A DNA stretch of 13,734 nt, from positions 1 through 13,734 of the forward strand of contig JAYEID010000016.1 in NCBI GenBank assembly GCA_034659915.1, written 5' to 3'. The notes below the pieces were generated by a model. That model had not been told where the DNA came from. It worked only from the letters and a program-made list of their open reading frames with translations, and searched no databases. This DNA comes from Patescibacteria group bacterium. GTDB lineage: Bacteria > Patescibacteriota > WWE3 > JAUXAW01 > JAYEID01. Of this stretch, positions 12,240 through 13,734 are shown piece after piece (the stretch's first letter is position 1; every line of letters starts with the position of its first letter). The position numbers and the translations under genes were made by a program.

Positions 12240-13734
12240 TTAGATTAGGGTTCTTCCTGTCATTATACCTGGTTTCTGTATACCCATAAGCTTGAGAACT
12301 GTCGGCGCTACGTCAGCCAAGATGCCACTTGGTAATTGGCGCGGTTGAAGGTCTCCTGGCGGTGCTACGACAATAAAGGGAACTCTATTATCTGAATGCG
12401 ATGTTGAAACCCTTCCAATAACGGGATCTAGCATCTCTTCAGCATTTCCGTGGTCCGAAGTGACAATACAAACACCCCCCCGTGACCTAATTGTATTTAC
12501 TATTTCCTTTAACACCTGATCTGTGGCTTCAATCCCTTCTATTGCAGCGGAAATTATTCCAGTATGTCCCAGCATATCGGGGTTTGCCAGGTTTACTAAT
12601 AAAAATCCGTAACCATGACTTTTTTCCGAAAATTTATCCTTTATAGTTTTAGCAATTTTTAGTGCCGACATTTCTGGTTGCTTATCATAGGTGGAAACTG
12701 ATGGTGACGGAATTACAATTCTTTCTTCTTTTGGGAAGGCATCTTCAATGCCACCATTGAAATAATAAGTGACATAAGCATATTTTTCACTTTCTGCAAT
12801 GTGAAGTTGGGGAATTCCTTTGTTAGCTATGACTTGGCTTAAGCTATTTTTAATATTATGGGGAACAAATGCGGAGTCGGAAACAGGTATTCCTTTTTCA
12901 CATTCTACTAAATTAACAAAGTAAATATTGTTCAAAAAAACAGTACGGTCAAAATATTTAAATTCAGGTAAGACAAAAGCTTTGCTTATTTGTCGAGCTC
13001 GGTCCGCTCTGAAATTGAAAAAAATGACGGAGTCTCCGTTCTTTATTGTATTATGACCATTCCTAAGTACGGTAGGAGATATAAATTCATCAGATTCCCC
13101 CCGTTCGTATGCGGATTCTATGGCGGCTTTGGCACTCTCTGCTTTTTTCCCCTCTCCTAAAGTAAGTGCTCGATAGGCTTGCTTTGTTCTTTCCCAGCGT
13201 CGGTCTCTATCCATTGCGTAGTAGCGACCCATAACTGTTGCTATTTCACCGATTTCGTTTTTTTTCATTTCCTCCTTTAGCCTTTCCAAGTATTTTATTG
13301 CTGACTTAGGTGGGCTATCCCGTCCGTCTGAGAAAAAGTGAATTTTTACTTTATTTTTTTCAAGTCCGTGTTGCTTACACAGCTTAAGAAGTGCAAAAAG
13401 ATGTTCCATACTTGCATGGACCATCCCACTACTAGTAAGTCCTATTAGGTGAACTCTTTTGTCATTATTTTCTGCTCTTCTACAAGCTTCAACTAGGACC
13501 TTGTTTTTGAAGAAAGAACCATTTTTTATTGAGTGATTTATTTTGGAAACGTCTTGTGTAACTACCCTTCCTGCTCCAATATTCAAATGCCCAACTTCAG
13601 AAGTTCCAACTTCTCCCTTAGGTAATCCTACAGCCTCTCCCGAAGCCTTTAACTGTGTATGGGGGAAAGCTGCCCACAATTGATCAAAAAATGGAGTGTC
13701 TGCTTTTGCAATTGCATTTCCCGGTCCGGGTGGG
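12240..13734 (-). CDS. gpmI: 2,3-bisphosphoglycerate-independent phosphoglycerate mutase, 5'-truncated by the window edge
   Basis: GTSEVGHLNIGAGR (catalytic Ser), FFSDGRDSPP, MGRYYAMDRD.RWER, NFRADRARQ, NPDMLGHTG, ITSDHGNAE. The frame stays open upstream of the TTG at 13679 (..PGPGNAIAKADTPFFDQLW..) to position 13734. Confidence 0.92.
   Translation of the reverse strand, partial: PPGPGNAIAKADTPFFDQLWAAFPHTQLKASGEAVGLPKGEVGTSEVGHLNIGAGRVVTQDVSKINHSIKNGSFFKNKVLVEACRRAENNDKRVHLIGLTSSGMVHASMEHLFALLKLCKQHGLEKNKVKIHFFSDGRDSPPKSAIKYLERLKEEMKKNEIGEIATVMGRYYAMDRDRRWERTKQAYRALTLGEGKKAESAKAAIESAYERGESDEFISPTVLRNGHNTIKNGDSVIFFNFRADRARQISKAFVLPEFKYFDRTVFLNNIYFVNLVECEKGIPVSDSAFVPHNIKNSLSQVIANKGIPQLHIAESEKYAYVTYYFNGGIEDAFPKEERIVIPSPSVSTYDKQPEMSALKIAKTIKDKFSEKSHGYGFLLVNLANPDMLGHTGIISAAIEGIEATDQVLKEIVNTIRSRGGVCIVTSDHGNAEEMLDPVIGRVSTSHSDNRVPFIVVAPPGDLQPRQLPSGILADVAPTVLKLMGIQKPGIMTGRTLI

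Overview
AT-rich (roughly 40% GC by eye), very tightly packed bacterial window. Gene content and architecture suggest a small-genome, fermentative, CPR/Patescibacteria-like organism; this taxonomic call is inference only. I support 14 protein genes. On the minus strand: ndk, an LCP-family cell-envelope protein, an M18 aminopeptidase, an orphan family-5 solute-binding protein, secG, a DUF360/holin-4-like membrane protein, ackA, pduL and a 5'-truncated gpmI. On the plus strand: an archaeal-type tpiA, a large transglutaminase-like surface protein, rsmI and a frameshifted GIY-YIG nuclease gene. There are five tRNA genes, all with encoded CCA: Gly-UCC on the minus strand, and a plus-strand island of Leu-UAA, Pro-UGG, Thr-CGU and Arg-UCU. 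The standard genetic code fits; TGA is used as a stop. I found no rRNA, CRISPR array, transposase or integrase, and no convincing rho-independent terminator. The least ordinary part is the tRNA island (about 3420-4790). It is filled with a family of short repeats. A 13-nt core occurs five times in strictly alternating orientation and brackets tRNA-Pro and tRNA-Thr with pairable arms. A conserved module of about 65 nt, ending in a tRNA 5'-half-like sequence, sits upstream of tRNA-Leu and tRNA-Arg. The frameshifted GIY-YIG gene lies in the middle. The left edge of the window is a chain of four different tetranucleotide microsatellites, including (TATC)15. Several genes have -10 boxes only 6-10 nt from their ATG and no Shine-Dalgarno sequence, which suggests leaderless mRNAs. 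The ORF track uses alternative start codons shown as M, and I shortened several N-termini to the first ATG where homology or a promoter supported it.
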